From Vulcanimicrobiota bacterium (GTDB lineage: Bacteria; Vulcanimicrobiota; Vulcanimicrobiia; Eremiobacterales; Eremiobacteraceae): DNA of 64,000 bases. The stretch lies in the NCBI GenBank assembly GCA_963805945.1, contig CAWDVP010000002.1, forward strand, positions 640,001 through 704,000, written 5' to 3'. Below are positions 42,152 through 51,254 of the stretch, piece after piece. How positions within the stretch are numbered: position 1 is the first letter of the stretch; each line of letters opens with the position of its first letter. The translations under genes were made by a program, and so were the position numbers. A model generated the notes under the pieces. The model saw nothing but the letters and a program-made list of their open reading frames with translations, searched no databases and was not told the DNA's origin.

Positions 42152-42190
42152 GTGCGATCCACCTCCTTGATAGATAGGATCGCTATGCTT

Positions 42191-42216
42191 ATACCCGCTT
42201 TGCGCCGCGATTAAAC
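42191..42216 (-). promoter_or_regulatory. SigB/SigF-type stress promoter
   Basis: GTTTAA-N14-GGGTAT, matching the B. subtilis SigB consensus, 39 nt upstream of peptide C. Confidence 0.75.
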
Positions 42217-42222
42217 CCCTGC

Positions 42223-42747
42223 TCACTTGCCGCTATGGCCCGCAAATCGGACTTGCGCCACCAGGGCGTTGAGGGCCGCTGCGGAGGACGCCGAGATGCC
42301 GCGCGCCGCCAAGATCGCCAGCGACGCGTAGTGGGAAGAATCGAGCTTGACGAGCACGAGTCGCATGTCGATCACGACGCCTCTGTCGTTGCTCATCGTC
42401 GTGATGAACGCTTCACCGGGGATGCCCGCGATGGATCCAGGCTCGCTCTTCGTGTACGGGGCTGCGCCCGCGGCCTTGATGATCTTCACCGCGACCTCGG
42501 GCGCCGTCGCCGTGGCGACCGATGGATCGACGATAAACGATAACAGCAGCGCGCTGGATCTGTCGTCTGCGGTGACGCGCATGTTGCCGAAGTTGTCCTG
42601 CGCCGATGACCAGCCGGTCGGCAGATCGAAGGCATAGGCCGGAGTGCCGGTGGCGGGGAAGCGTATCGAGTCGGCGCGCGCTCCGGAGATGCCCAACACC
42701 GTCAGGCCGAGCAGTACGAACAAGATCGCAGAGCTGGTGCGGATCAT
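42223..42747 (-). CDS. Secreted hypothetical protein
   Basis: AGGAG RBS, signal peptide ending ARA, FDLPTGW motif. Confidence 0.75.
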   Translation of the reverse strand: MIRTSSAILFVLLGLTVLGISGARADSIRFPATGTPAYAFDLPTGWSSAQDNFGNMRVTADDRSSALLLSFIVDPSVATATAPEVAVKIIKAAGAAPYTKSEPGSIAGIPGEAFITTMSNDRGVVIDMRLVLVKLDSSHYASLAILAARGISASSAAALNALVAQVRFAGHSGK

Positions 42748-42871
42748 CGGTCACTCCTGATGCGGCGGCGCAACGAAACGGCTTCGAGCCGCGTTTGCGG
42801 TTTGAGAAGCCTTCTCTCTTCTTATTCACGGCTCTTCGCGCCGTGATGTGACCTTGAAAGGTCGGAACTCG

Positions 42872-43912
42872 ATGAAGCTCCCCGCTCGCAGCCTTGTCGC
42901 CGCGCTTTCGCTCGGCGTGCTGCTCGTCCTGAGCAGGCAACCGGCGGCTGCTGCGACGGCCTACCTCACGCTGTCGGGTCCCAACCCGTTCAACGGCACG
43001 TGCCCGGCCACGCTCAACTTCACCGGCCATATCGACGGCCCCGCCAGCTCGAGCGTCACGTACAACTTCGCCTGGTTCACCAATGGCGCGTGGTTCCGCC
43101 CCGCCGCCGTCACCGCCACGATCCCGGCAGGCGGCTCGCTGCCGTTGACGGGCGCCGTGACCGCCGACACCGCGCACCAAGGGCTGCAATCCTACGAGGT
43201 CGACATCTCTGCGCCGGCGGGCAGCGACAGCGCCACGCACGGCAAAGTGTTCTACACGGTCCATTGCTCGACGCTCGTCGCCGTGCCCACGACACCGCTC
43301 CCGCTGCGGCCGGTGATAGTGCTCCCCGTCTCCGCGAGCATCGCGTACTTCCGCGACGCGACGGGAGCCAACTTCATCTGCGGACGGTTGACGCACTACG
43401 GCACCATCCCGACGGATTTCGGCGGCGCGGTCGCCGTAGGGTACACCCATTCCCAGACAGGCGGTCCGAACGGCGACCCATGCGGCGTTCACGACGACGT
43501 CATCTACCGCATCATGCTCGCGTCGGGGTTTTCGGCGATTCACGGCCGGCTCAGTTCGGTCGTGCTCACCGCGACGCACACCGGCACCGACGCCAACACG
43601 GCGTGCAAGCTGGACGCGCTGACCCGAGTGTCCGGCGCGTTCCGCGAAGGCGACGTCCACGATGCGAGCGGCTTCTCCACCGCCACCGGCGTGTCGTGGT
43701 ACTCCTCGAATCCCACCTCGGTGCACTATCAGATCTATCCCACGACGGATCCCATCGCCGGCCCCGCCACCAACGCGCTGTTACAAGCGCTCTTCGGCGG
43801 CGGCGGCACGCTGCAGCTCATGCTGCGCGGGCCGAATGAGCACATCGACCGCGATAATCTGCGCTGCCTGCTCAAGTTCACGACCTTCAAGCTCAACGTC
43901 ATCGCGGGCTAA
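42872..43912 (+). CDS. Secreted beta-rich hypothetical protein (Ig-like N-domain candidate)
   Basis: Signal peptide, FNGTCPATLNFTGHI, paired Cys, Thr/Gly-rich. Confidence 0.7.
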   Translation: MKLPARSLVAALSLGVLLVLSRQPAAAATAYLTLSGPNPFNGTCPATLNFTGHIDGPASSSVTYNFAWFTNGAWFRPAAVTATIPAGGSLPLTGAVTADTAHQGLQSYEVDISAPAGSDSATHGKVFYTVHCSTLVAVPTTPLPLRPVIVLPVSASIAYFRDATGANFICGRLTHYGTIPTDFGGAVAVGYTHSQTGGPNGDPCGVHDDVIYRIMLASGFSAIHGRLSSVVLTATHTGTDANTACKLDALTRVSGAFREGDVHDASGFSTATGVSWYSSNPTSVHYQIYPTTDPIAGPATNALLQALFGGGGTLQLMLRGPNEHIDRDNLRCLLKFTTFKLNVIAG

Positions 43913-43961
43913 GCCGCAGGAGGGGCGGCCGTCGAGTGAACCAAAGGCCGCCCTCCCTCGT

Positions 43962-44579
43962 ATGAATGACATGAAGCTCTTCTCACTCGGTCTGATCCTG
44001 GTAAGCGCGATGGTCCTCACGATGACGATGGCATCGCAGGCGCGGGCCGAGACCACCGTGCTCGCCGGCGGCTGCTTCTGGGGCATGGAAGGCGTCTTCG
44101 AGGACCTTAAAGGCGTCTCCAAGGTCGTGTCCGGCTACGCCGGCGGCAAGAAAGAGACCGCGCAGTACGATCTGGTGAGCACGGGGGACACCGGCCACGC
44201 GGAATCCGTGCAGATCACCTTCGATCCCGCGAAGATCTCGTTCCAGCAGCTGCTCGAGGTGTACTTCCTCGTCGCGCACGATCCGACGGAGCTGAACTAC
44301 CAAGGCCCCGATCACGGCACGCAATACCGCTCGGAGATCTTCTACACGAGCGATGCGCAGAAGAACCAGGCGCAAGCCTACATCGTACAGCTCGAACGCG
44401 AGAAGAAGTTCTCCAAACCGATCGTGACCGTCATCGCGCCGCTCCAGGGTTTCTACGCGGCCGAGGCCTACCACCAGCACTTCATGGCGCTCAACCCGTA
44501 CTATCCGTACATCGTCTTCAACGATGCGCCGAAGATCGTTGCGCTCAAACAGCAGTTCCCGCAACTCGTCAAGAACTAG
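43962..44579 (+). CDS. msrA: Exported peptide-methionine (S)-S-oxide reductase
   Basis: Signal peptide; LAGGCFWGMEG, TGHAESVQ, HDPT, GTQYRS, AEAYHQ. Confidence 0.95.
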   Translation: MNDMKLFSLGLILVSAMVLTMTMASQARAETTVLAGGCFWGMEGVFEDLKGVSKVVSGYAGGKKETAQYDLVSTGDTGHAESVQITFDPAKISFQQLLEVYFLVAHDPTELNYQGPDHGTQYRSEIFYTSDAQKNQAQAYIVQLEREKKFSKPIVTVIAPLQGFYAAEAYHQHFMALNPYYPYIVFNDAPKIVALKQQFPQLVKN

Positions 44580-44650
44580 CGCCGCCGTCGCGCACGTAGG
44601 TTCGGTGATCCACCGGATCGGCCATATTGCATTTCCTCTAGCACAAGGCT

Positions 44651-45985
44651 ATGATTGCCACAGGTATGGACGCTGACGCCATCGTTATCGGCGCCGGCGC
44701 AGCTGGCTTGGCGGCTGCCCGAAGTCTGGCAGGCCAGTCGCTGCGCGTGGTCGTCGTAGAAGCGCGCGACCGCTTTGGCGGCCGCGTGTGGTCGGCCGCT
44801 TCGGGTCGCAGCGCGGTGCCGGCAGAGCTTGGAGCTGAGTTCATCCACGGTCCGGCCGCGGAGACGATGGCCCTGCTCCGCGAAGCCGGAACCGCTGCCG
44901 TCGACACGGTCCGCGAGTCGTGGACGCTGTGCGCAGGCGGGGAGCTGCGACGTGGGGACGACGAGTTCATGTCGTCCGCCCGCATCTTCGGACAAGCGCT
45001 CACGCTCGCAAACGACGAGAGCGTGGAGCGGTTTCTGCGGCGCTTTGACGATGACAGGGCATTGCGACAGACGGCGGAGACGGCCCGCGCATTCGTCGAA
45101 GGCTTCGACGCCGCCGATCCCGCGATCGCGAGCGCGCGAGCGATCGCGGACGAGTGGCGATCGGGCGTCGATTTCGCTAGCGCGCGGCCGCTCGGCGGAT
45201 ACTTCCAGCTGTTCGAGCTTCTGCGCATGGCCTGCACTCGCGCCGGCTGTCAGATCCTTCTATCGACCGCAGTGCGTCGAATCTCATGGCGCAGGGGCGC
45301 TGTCACGGTTGAAGCGAGAAGCGGCTCGGGGGAAGCGCTGTCGACTTGCGCTCGGGCTGCCGTCGTGACGCTGCCCGTCGGCGTCCTGCGTCATCGCGGC
45401 GACGAGACGGAAGTCGTGTTCGACCCCGAGCTGCCGAAAGCGAAGCGCAAAGCGCTTGCGAGCATCGAGATGGGCGACGCGGTGAAGGTGGTTCTGCTGT
45501 TCCGGACCGCGTTTTGGGAACGGATCCGCAATGGGAGCTATCGCGACACTGCGTTCTTCCGCCGCGCGGGCCCGACATTCCCGACATACTGGACGCAGTT
45601 TCCAGTCCGCAGCGAGTTGATCGTCGCATGGGCCGGTGGCCCGAAGGCGACCGCGTTGAAGGGCGCCTCGGCGGCGGAACTCGTCGATCTCGCGCTGGAC
45701 GGCCTCGGCGCGTTGTTCGGCGAGCCCGCACTCGTCCGCGAGGAATTCGAAAAAGGGCTTGTGCACGATTGGGGCGCCGATGCGTTCGCGCGCGGCGCAT
45801 ACAGTTACATCGCCGTCGGCGGCGGGAACGCGCACAAGGCGCTCGCGGCACCCTTGAACGACACGCTGTTCTTCGCGGGCGAAGCCACGTCGGACGACGG
45901 TCAGGCCGGAACGGTGAACGGCGCGCTCGAAACCGGCGAACGCGCCGCTCGCGAGGCCGCGATGTCGCTCGGTGTATCACGGTGA
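44651..45985 (+). CDS. Flavin monoamine oxidase family protein
   Basis: IGAGAAGLAAA, EARDRFGGRV, ELGAEFIHG, RGAYSY, FFAGEAT, GTVNGALETG. Confidence 0.9.
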   Translation: MIATGMDADAIVIGAGAAGLAAARSLAGQSLRVVVVEARDRFGGRVWSAASGRSAVPAELGAEFIHGPAAETMALLREAGTAAVDTVRESWTLCAGGELRRGDDEFMSSARIFGQALTLANDESVERFLRRFDDDRALRQTAETARAFVEGFDAADPAIASARAIADEWRSGVDFASARPLGGYFQLFELLRMACTRAGCQILLSTAVRRISWRRGAVTVEARSGSGEALSTCARAAVVTLPVGVLRHRGDETEVVFDPELPKAKRKALASIEMGDAVKVVLLFRTAFWERIRNGSYRDTAFFRRAGPTFPTYWTQFPVRSELIVAWAGGPKATALKGASAAELVDLALDGLGALFGEPALVREEFEKGLVHDWGADAFARGAYSYIAVGGGNAHKALAAPLNDTLFFAGEATSDDGQAGTVNGALETGERAAREAAMSLGVSR

Positions 45986-45988
45986 TCG

Positions 45989-46528
45989 ATGGCTGAAACC
46001 GCATCGGCTTTCCTCGCTCCCTGGTCGACCTTCTACGTGATGGTCGGTTCAGCGGCTGCCGCCCTGACCGGTCTCATGTTCGTCGTCATCACCCTGGTCA
46101 CGCGCATAGAGCACGTGGAGAAGAGGAGCGATGGGATCGCGACGTTCAGCACGCCGATCGTCGTGCACTTCGGCGCGGCATTGCTCGTCTCGATGATCCT
46201 CAGCGCGCCTTGGCACTTGCTGCTTCATCCTGCCGTGCTCGTCGGGTGTGTCGGCGCGGGCGGCTTGGCGTACTTGTCGCGTGTGACGAACGTGGTGAAA
46301 CGACTGGCCTACGAACCGGATTTCGAGGACTGGACCTGGTATACGGTCATCCCATTCCTCGGCTATGGCGCGCTCTTGGCGGGCGCGATCATGCTTCTAG
46401 GGATCCCGGTGAAGGCGCTGTTCGTGCTCGCCGCCGGCGCCGCGCTACTGATCTTCGCGGGCATTCGCAATGCGTGGGACATCGTGACATATATCGCGAT
46501 AGGGCTCCGTGAGGGACCACCGGGCTAA
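45989..46528 (+). CDS. Multi-pass membrane hypothetical protein
   Basis: FYVMVGSAAAALTGLMFVVI...GIRNAWDIV; five TM segments. Confidence 0.8.
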   Translation: MAETASAFLAPWSTFYVMVGSAAAALTGLMFVVITLVTRIEHVEKRSDGIATFSTPIVVHFGAALLVSMILSAPWHLLLHPAVLVGCVGAGGLAYLSRVTNVVKRLAYEPDFEDWTWYTVIPFLGYGALLAGAIMLLGIPVKALFVLAAGAALLIFAGIRNAWDIVTYIAIGLREGPPG

Positions 46529-47370
46529 GCGGTGACGCGGGCGCTATACTCCCACATGCGACGCGCGAGCTCGGCGTCGTTCGCGAGCGGGTTCGGCGCA
46601 GCGGGTCGACAGAGTCTGTAGAAGCCGCCGCTCTGCCCGGCCAGTTCCGGCGCGGAGGCGACATAGACCGATGTCTTCGCCCCGTCCTCGGGCGAGATGC
46701 CCCACGGCCTCACGAAGAACCAGCCGAAGCCCACGACGCCGCCGACCTCGCCGAAATCGGTCGCGACCAACCCCGGATGCAACGCGTTGACGGTGACCAC
46801 CGCCGGATCGAGCCGCCGTGCGAGCTCTTTGGTGAACAACATGTTGGCGAGCTTCGACCGCTCGTAGGCGGTCGGCGGCCAGAAGCTGTGCTCGGCGTTG
46901 AGATTCGCAAAATCGATGACGGCGGACAGGTGCGCGTCGGAGTTCACGTTGACGATGCGCGCCGGCGCGTTCGCGCTGAGCACGGGCAGCAGCGCCTGGC
47001 TGAGCACGAACGGTGCGAGATGGTTCACCGCGAAGGTGAGCTCGAAGCCGTCCTTCGTGATGAAGCGCCGCGGCGCGATGAGGCCGGCGTTGTTGACGAG
47101 CACGCTGAGAGTTGGAAAAGACCGCGCGAGCGTCTGCGCAAGGCCGCGCACCTCTTCGAGACTCGAGAGATCGGCGAATGCGATATCGGTGCGCGCCGCC
47201 GGCAACGCTCGTGTGACGAACGCCTGCGCTTCTTCGGCGCGCTCGCGTGTGCGGGCGATCAACACGACGTGCGCGCCCTGCTCGGCGAGGCGCAGCGCGG
47301 TATACTTGCCGATGCCGCCGTTGGCACCGGTGATCGCGACGACGCGCCCGGACATCGCTTGCGACACCAT
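46525..47370 (-). CDS. SDR-family oxidoreductase (retinol dehydrogenase-like)
   Basis: ITGANGGIG, LVNNAG, NHLAPF, YERSK, LHPGLVAT. Confidence 0.92.
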   Translation of the reverse strand: MVSQAMSGRVVAITGANGGIGKYTALRLAEQGAHVVLIARTRERAEEAQAFVTRALPAARTDIAFADLSSLEEVRGLAQTLARSFPTLSVLVNNAGLIAPRRFITKDGFELTFAVNHLAPFVLSQALLPVLSANAPARIVNVNSDAHLSAVIDFANLNAEHSFWPPTAYERSKLANMLFTKELARRLDPAVVTVNALHPGLVATDFGEVGGVVGFGWFFVRPWGISPEDGAKTSVYVASAPELAGQSGGFYRLCRPAAPNPLANDAELARRMWEYSARVTA

Positions 47371-47450
47371 GCGCGGGTCTTCCCGGTCATCGGCGGTTGG
47401 CCTTCGCGCCGAAACGGAATGGCGCTGCGCGTTCGCCAAGCCGGACGGCC

Positions 47451-48290
47451 ATGGGGGTCATCCTTGCACTGCTCGCGGCATGCGTCTATGGCATCGCCGA
47501 TTTTCTCGGGGGTCTCGCGACCAAACGCAGCGCGGTGTGGACGGTGGTGGTGCTCACCGGCTCGGTCGGGCTGGTCACCGCATTGGCGCTCCTGCCGCTG
47601 CTGCATCAAGGGCCGCCGCTGCGCAGCGATCTCGAGATCGGCGTCCTCATCGGCGTGGTGGGCGCGGCCGGCTTCGCGTCGTTCTATCGCGGCCTCGCGG
47701 TCGCGCGCATGAGCGTCGTCGCGCCGATCACCGCGGTCATCGCGGCGATCGTGCCGGTGGGCTACGGTCTGCTGCGCGGCGAGCATCTCTCGCCGCTCGC
47801 GTTCTTCGGCATCGCGCTCGCGCTGCTCGCGGTCGCGCTGGTGTCGCGCTCGAGCGATGAAGATGTCGCCGGCGATCCCGAGCCCGCGCGTTCCGGCCTG
47901 CTGCTCGCGCTCGTCGCCGGCCTCGCGTTCGGCCTCATCTACGTGCTGCTCGCGATGTCGTCGCGCGGCGTGTGGCCGCTCGTCGCATCGCGCGCGACGA
48001 GCGTCACGCTCGTCTTGATCTTCGCGCTCGTCACGCGACGGCTCACGCGGCCCGCGCCCGGTTCGCTGCGCATCATCGTCGGCGCCGGCGTGCTCGACAT
48101 GGCGGCCAACGTGTTCTATCTCGTCGCGCTGCGCTACACGCTGGTGAGCATCGCCGCGGTCGTCGCATCGCTGTATCCCGCGAGCACGGTGATGCTCGCG
48201 CGCATCGTGCTGCACGAACGCCTCGGCCTGGTGCAATGGGCGGGCGTGGCGTGCGCGATCGTGGGCGTGGTGTTGTTGTCCGCCGGCTGA
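47451..48290 (+). CDS. EamA/DMT-family transporter
   Basis: YGIADFLGG, MSVVAPI, VASLYPA, LHERLG; about ten TM segments. Confidence 0.9.
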   Translation: MGVILALLAACVYGIADFLGGLATKRSAVWTVVVLTGSVGLVTALALLPLLHQGPPLRSDLEIGVLIGVVGAAGFASFYRGLAVARMSVVAPITAVIAAIVPVGYGLLRGEHLSPLAFFGIALALLAVALVSRSSDEDVAGDPEPARSGLLLALVAGLAFGLIYVLLAMSSRGVWPLVASRATSVTLVLIFALVTRRLTRPAPGSLRIIVGAGVLDMAANVFYLVALRYTLVSIAAVVASLYPASTVMLARIVLHERLGLVQWAGVACAIVGVVLLSAG

Positions 48291-48294
48291 TCCG

Positions 48295-48358
48295 TATGTA
48301 GGGGTCGACCTTTGTCGACCTCGTTAGCATATGTAGGGGTCGACCTTTAGGTCGACCC
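48295..48358. repeat. Direct tandem pair of GTAG-headed REP-like palindromes
   Basis: TATGTAGGGGTCGACCTTTGTCGACC and TATGTAGGGGTCGACCTTTAGGTCGACCC between convergent genes. Confidence 0.8.
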
Positions 48359-48362
48359 TCGC

Positions 48363-48743
48363 TTAGCGGCGGCAGCACACCTCGAGCTTGTTGCCTTCCG
48401 GGTCTTCGAAGAACACCGCGTAGTACGGCTGGATGTAGGTCGGACAATCCTCCGGCCCTTCGACGTTCTTCGCGCCGGCTCGCGCGAGCAGCGCGCCGAT
48501 CGCGTCGACGTCCGCCCGTGAAGCCGCGGCGAAGGCGATGCGCGTCTCACTCGGCGCATGCCCGGAGTACTCGTCGATGGCGAAGAACTGGCCGGCGTCG
48601 TCCGGGCAGTAGTACTCGACCACACGAGCGCTTTCGTCCACCTTGGTGAAGCCGAGCGCGGGCATGAGCGCGTCGTAGAACGCGCGCACGCGCTGCAGGC
48701 TGCCGACGCGATGGTCGATGTGGTCGAAGGGATATTTCCTCAC
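48363..48743 (-). CDS. VOC/glyoxalase family protein
   Basis: GTG overlaps upstream stop; FDHID, FYDALMPALGF, IAFAAASRADVD, YYAVFFEDPEGNKLEV. Confidence 0.88.
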   Translation of the reverse strand: MRKYPFDHIDHRVGSLQRVRAFYDALMPALGFTKVDESARVVEYYCPDDAGQFFAIDEYSGHAPSETRIAFAAASRADVDAIGALLARAGAKNVEGPEDCPTYIQPYYAVFFEDPEGNKLEVCCRR

Positions 48744-49954
48744 GGCGCGACCTTGGCCGGCGAGCCGTTCGTCTTCGCCACTCCGGGGCGCTTCGCGAAG
48801 AACTCGGTCCACGCGCGGAAGCCCTTCTTGAGCAATGGCCGCTCCAAGATGTACGTGATCAATGTGGACACGACGATCGACACGACGATCGTGACGACGG
48901 TGAACGACCACTGCCACCGGAGATCGGTGAAGAAGTGCTCGGTGCGCACGGACGGGATGTTGTGGCGTCCGAGGAAATTCGCGATGAGCTGATGCCACAG
49001 GTACAGGTTGTACGAGATGATCGACAGGAACACGAGCACGCGGTTGGCGATCACCTTGCGCCACCATTCGAACGCCAGACACGAGCTCACGGTGAGCAGG
49101 ATGAACGTCAAGCCGAGCAGCGTGAGATGCGAGTTCGTCCACAGCTGCTGCCAGTACAGCACGACGCGGATCTCGAACAAGCTGTAGAGCAGCACGCCGT
49201 ACACGACGAAGCCGGTCATCCCCAGCAGCGTGAACGCGAGCCGCCAGCTCGCGGGGTCCGGCAAGCGGTTCTTCGCCAGCACGAACAGCCACGACGCGAG
49301 CATGCCGCAGCCGAAGAGATCCAGGAACGCCGGCATCTGCGACATCACGACGTAGTCGCCGAGGTAGTGCGGCGCGAGCACCAGCCGGTAGGTGTTGGCG
49401 ATCGCGAGCATCGCGCCGAACGTGAGCAGCGGCCAGCGCCGGAAGCACCAGCAGATGAGCGGGAACGCGACATAGAACTGGACCTCGATCGCGAGCGTCC
49501 ACCACACGCCGTTGATGGCGCCGAAGCTGTCGCGGAACCAGTTCTGGATGAAGAGCATGTGCGTGACGTATTGGAACACGAGGTGGGCGCCGACGAACGC
49601 GGCGACGATCCACGGCGTGAGCACCAGCAGTTGGAAATAGTACGACGGCACGATCTTGATGAACCGCCGGTAGGCGAACTCTCTGACCGTCTGGAGCTTC
49701 TTGCCTTCGAAGATGTGGCGCGCGTACGGATAGAACAGCACGAAGCCGCTGATGAAGAAGAACAGATCGACGCCCGTGAAGCCGGTCTCCACCGCGAACT
49801 GGAAGCTGATGTGCTTGCCGAACGCGTTGAACTCCGTCCCGAGCCAGCTCCACTCCCACACGTGATACCACAGCACGATGAGGATCGCCAGGCCGCGCAG
49901 CCCGTCGAGCACGTCGAGACGCGCGTCAGGCGTCGGGCGCGTGGACTCAACCAT
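48740..49954 (-). CDS. Acyltransferase-3 family membrane protein (copy 2)
   Basis: LDGLRGLAIL, GVDLFFFISGF, WTLAIEVQFY, ISYNLYLWH, ERP. Confidence 0.93.
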   Translation of the reverse strand: MVESTRPTPDARLDVLDGLRGLAILIVLWYHVWEWSWLGTEFNAFGKHISFQFAVETGFTGVDLFFFISGFVLFYPYARHIFEGKKLQTVREFAYRRFIKIVPSYYFQLLVLTPWIVAAFVGAHLVFQYVTHMLFIQNWFRDSFGAINGVWWTLAIEVQFYVAFPLICWCFRRWPLLTFGAMLAIANTYRLVLAPHYLGDYVVMSQMPAFLDLFGCGMLASWLFVLAKNRLPDPASWRLAFTLLGMTGFVVYGVLLYSLFEIRVVLYWQQLWTNSHLTLLGLTFILLTVSSCLAFEWWRKVIANRVLVFLSIISYNLYLWHQLIANFLGRHNIPSVRTEHFFTDLRWQWSFTVVTIVVSIVVSTLITYILERPLLKKGFRAWTEFFAKRPGVAKTNGSPAKVAP

Positions 49955-51173
49955 CGCTGCTCGCCGGCGCGGGCGCGGGCGCCGGTGCGGCTGTCGGCGC
50001 GATCGGTCGCCGCGTGAAGAGATCGCTGATCGCCCGGAATCCTTTCTTGAGCAGCGGCCGCTCGATGAAGTAGGTGATCGCGGTCGAGACGCCTACCGAG
50101 ACGACGAGCGACCAGACCGTGTACTGCCACTTCCAATGATCGTCATAATGCGGGTCCGGCGTGAGCGGCGTGGGGATGCGGTGGTGGAGCATCCACAACA
50201 TGATGACGTTATGCCACAGGTAGAGATTGTACGAGATGACGCCCAGGAAGAGGAAGAACTTGTTGGCGATGATCGCGCGCAGCCAGGGATACGAGAGGCA
50301 GGCCGCCACCGCGAACACCGCGAGCAAGGCGCCCAGATACGTGCGGTTGTGCGCCTGCCATGCGTAATAGCCGTTCTGCACATAGAGCAGCGTCAGCAGG
50401 TTGTTGAGCATCGCGTAGATGCCGGCGAAGGCGCCGGCCGCGACGAGCGTCGCCAGCGGACGGAAGCGCTCGATGTCCGGTACCTTGTTGCGCAGCAAGA
50501 CGAAGAACCACGACGCGAGCATGCCGCTGGCGAAGAGATCGAGATACGCCGGCATCTGGTTCAGGCTCACGTAATCGCCGATGCAGCAGTTGGCGTAGTG
50601 CGCGCGGTAGAGGATCGCGCCGCCGGCCATCGCGAGGTACACGAGCGGCGGCCAGCGCCGGAACGCCCAGCACAGCAGCGGGAAGAAGAGATAGAACTGC
50701 ACCTCGACCGCGAGGCTCCACAACACGCCGTTGACGCCGACCCAGGTGTCGACCCAGAAGCTGTGGATGAAGAAGAGATGGGTGAAGCCTTGCCACAGCA
50801 CCTCGCGCCACGAGTGGAAATCCCCCAGCAGCAGCATCGCGGCGACGAGCGCGATGACGTAGCTCGGCACGATCTTGATGAAGCGGCGATAGGCGAACTC
50901 CTTGACGGTCTGGAGCTTCTTGCCTTCGAACATGTGGCGTGCATAGGGATAGAACAGCACGAAGCCGCTGATGAAGAAGAACACCTCGACGCCCATGCCG
51001 CCGGTGCCGGGCACGATGAGCAGGTTGAACTGGTGGCCCCACAGGTTGAAGTACGGGCTCAACCACGAGAAGAGCCACAGATGCCACCAGACCACCATGA
51101 GAATGGCGATCCCGCGCATGCCGTCGAGCACGTCCAGCCGTGCATCGGAAGTAGGACGGACCGTTGTAGCCAT
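49947..51173 (-). CDS. Acyltransferase-3 family membrane protein (copy 1)
   Basis: LDGMRGIAIL, GVEVFFFISGF, WSLAVEVQFY, ISYNLYLWH, IERP. Confidence 0.93.
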   Translation of the reverse strand: MATTVRPTSDARLDVLDGMRGIAILMVVWWHLWLFSWLSPYFNLWGHQFNLLIVPGTGGMGVEVFFFISGFVLFYPYARHMFEGKKLQTVKEFAYRRFIKIVPSYVIALVAAMLLLGDFHSWREVLWQGFTHLFFIHSFWVDTWVGVNGVLWSLAVEVQFYLFFPLLCWAFRRWPPLVYLAMAGGAILYRAHYANCCIGDYVSLNQMPAYLDLFASGMLASWFFVLLRNKVPDIERFRPLATLVAAGAFAGIYAMLNNLLTLLYVQNGYYAWQAHNRTYLGALLAVFAVAACLSYPWLRAIIANKFFLFLGVISYNLYLWHNVIMLWMLHHRIPTPLTPDPHYDDHWKWQYTVWSLVVSVGVSTAITYFIERPLLKKGFRAISDLFTRRPIAPTAAPAPAPAPASSDG

Positions 51174-51254
51174 AACGTCGACGACCTGCGGCTTCGGCGG
51201 CGGCGGGCGCGCAGCCTAGGGATGGCCGCCACACCCCCATAAGTGCGCGGCGGC

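Noticed and set aside
48295..48358. Mini CRISPR array
   Set aside because: Only two units with a ~9-nt spacer, no cas genes, and they match the dispersed REP-like family
48363..49871. 502-aa ORF implying a fusion to the VOC protein
   Set aside because: The upstream part is an off-frame shadow of the acyltransferase; the VOC gene starts at GTG 48743
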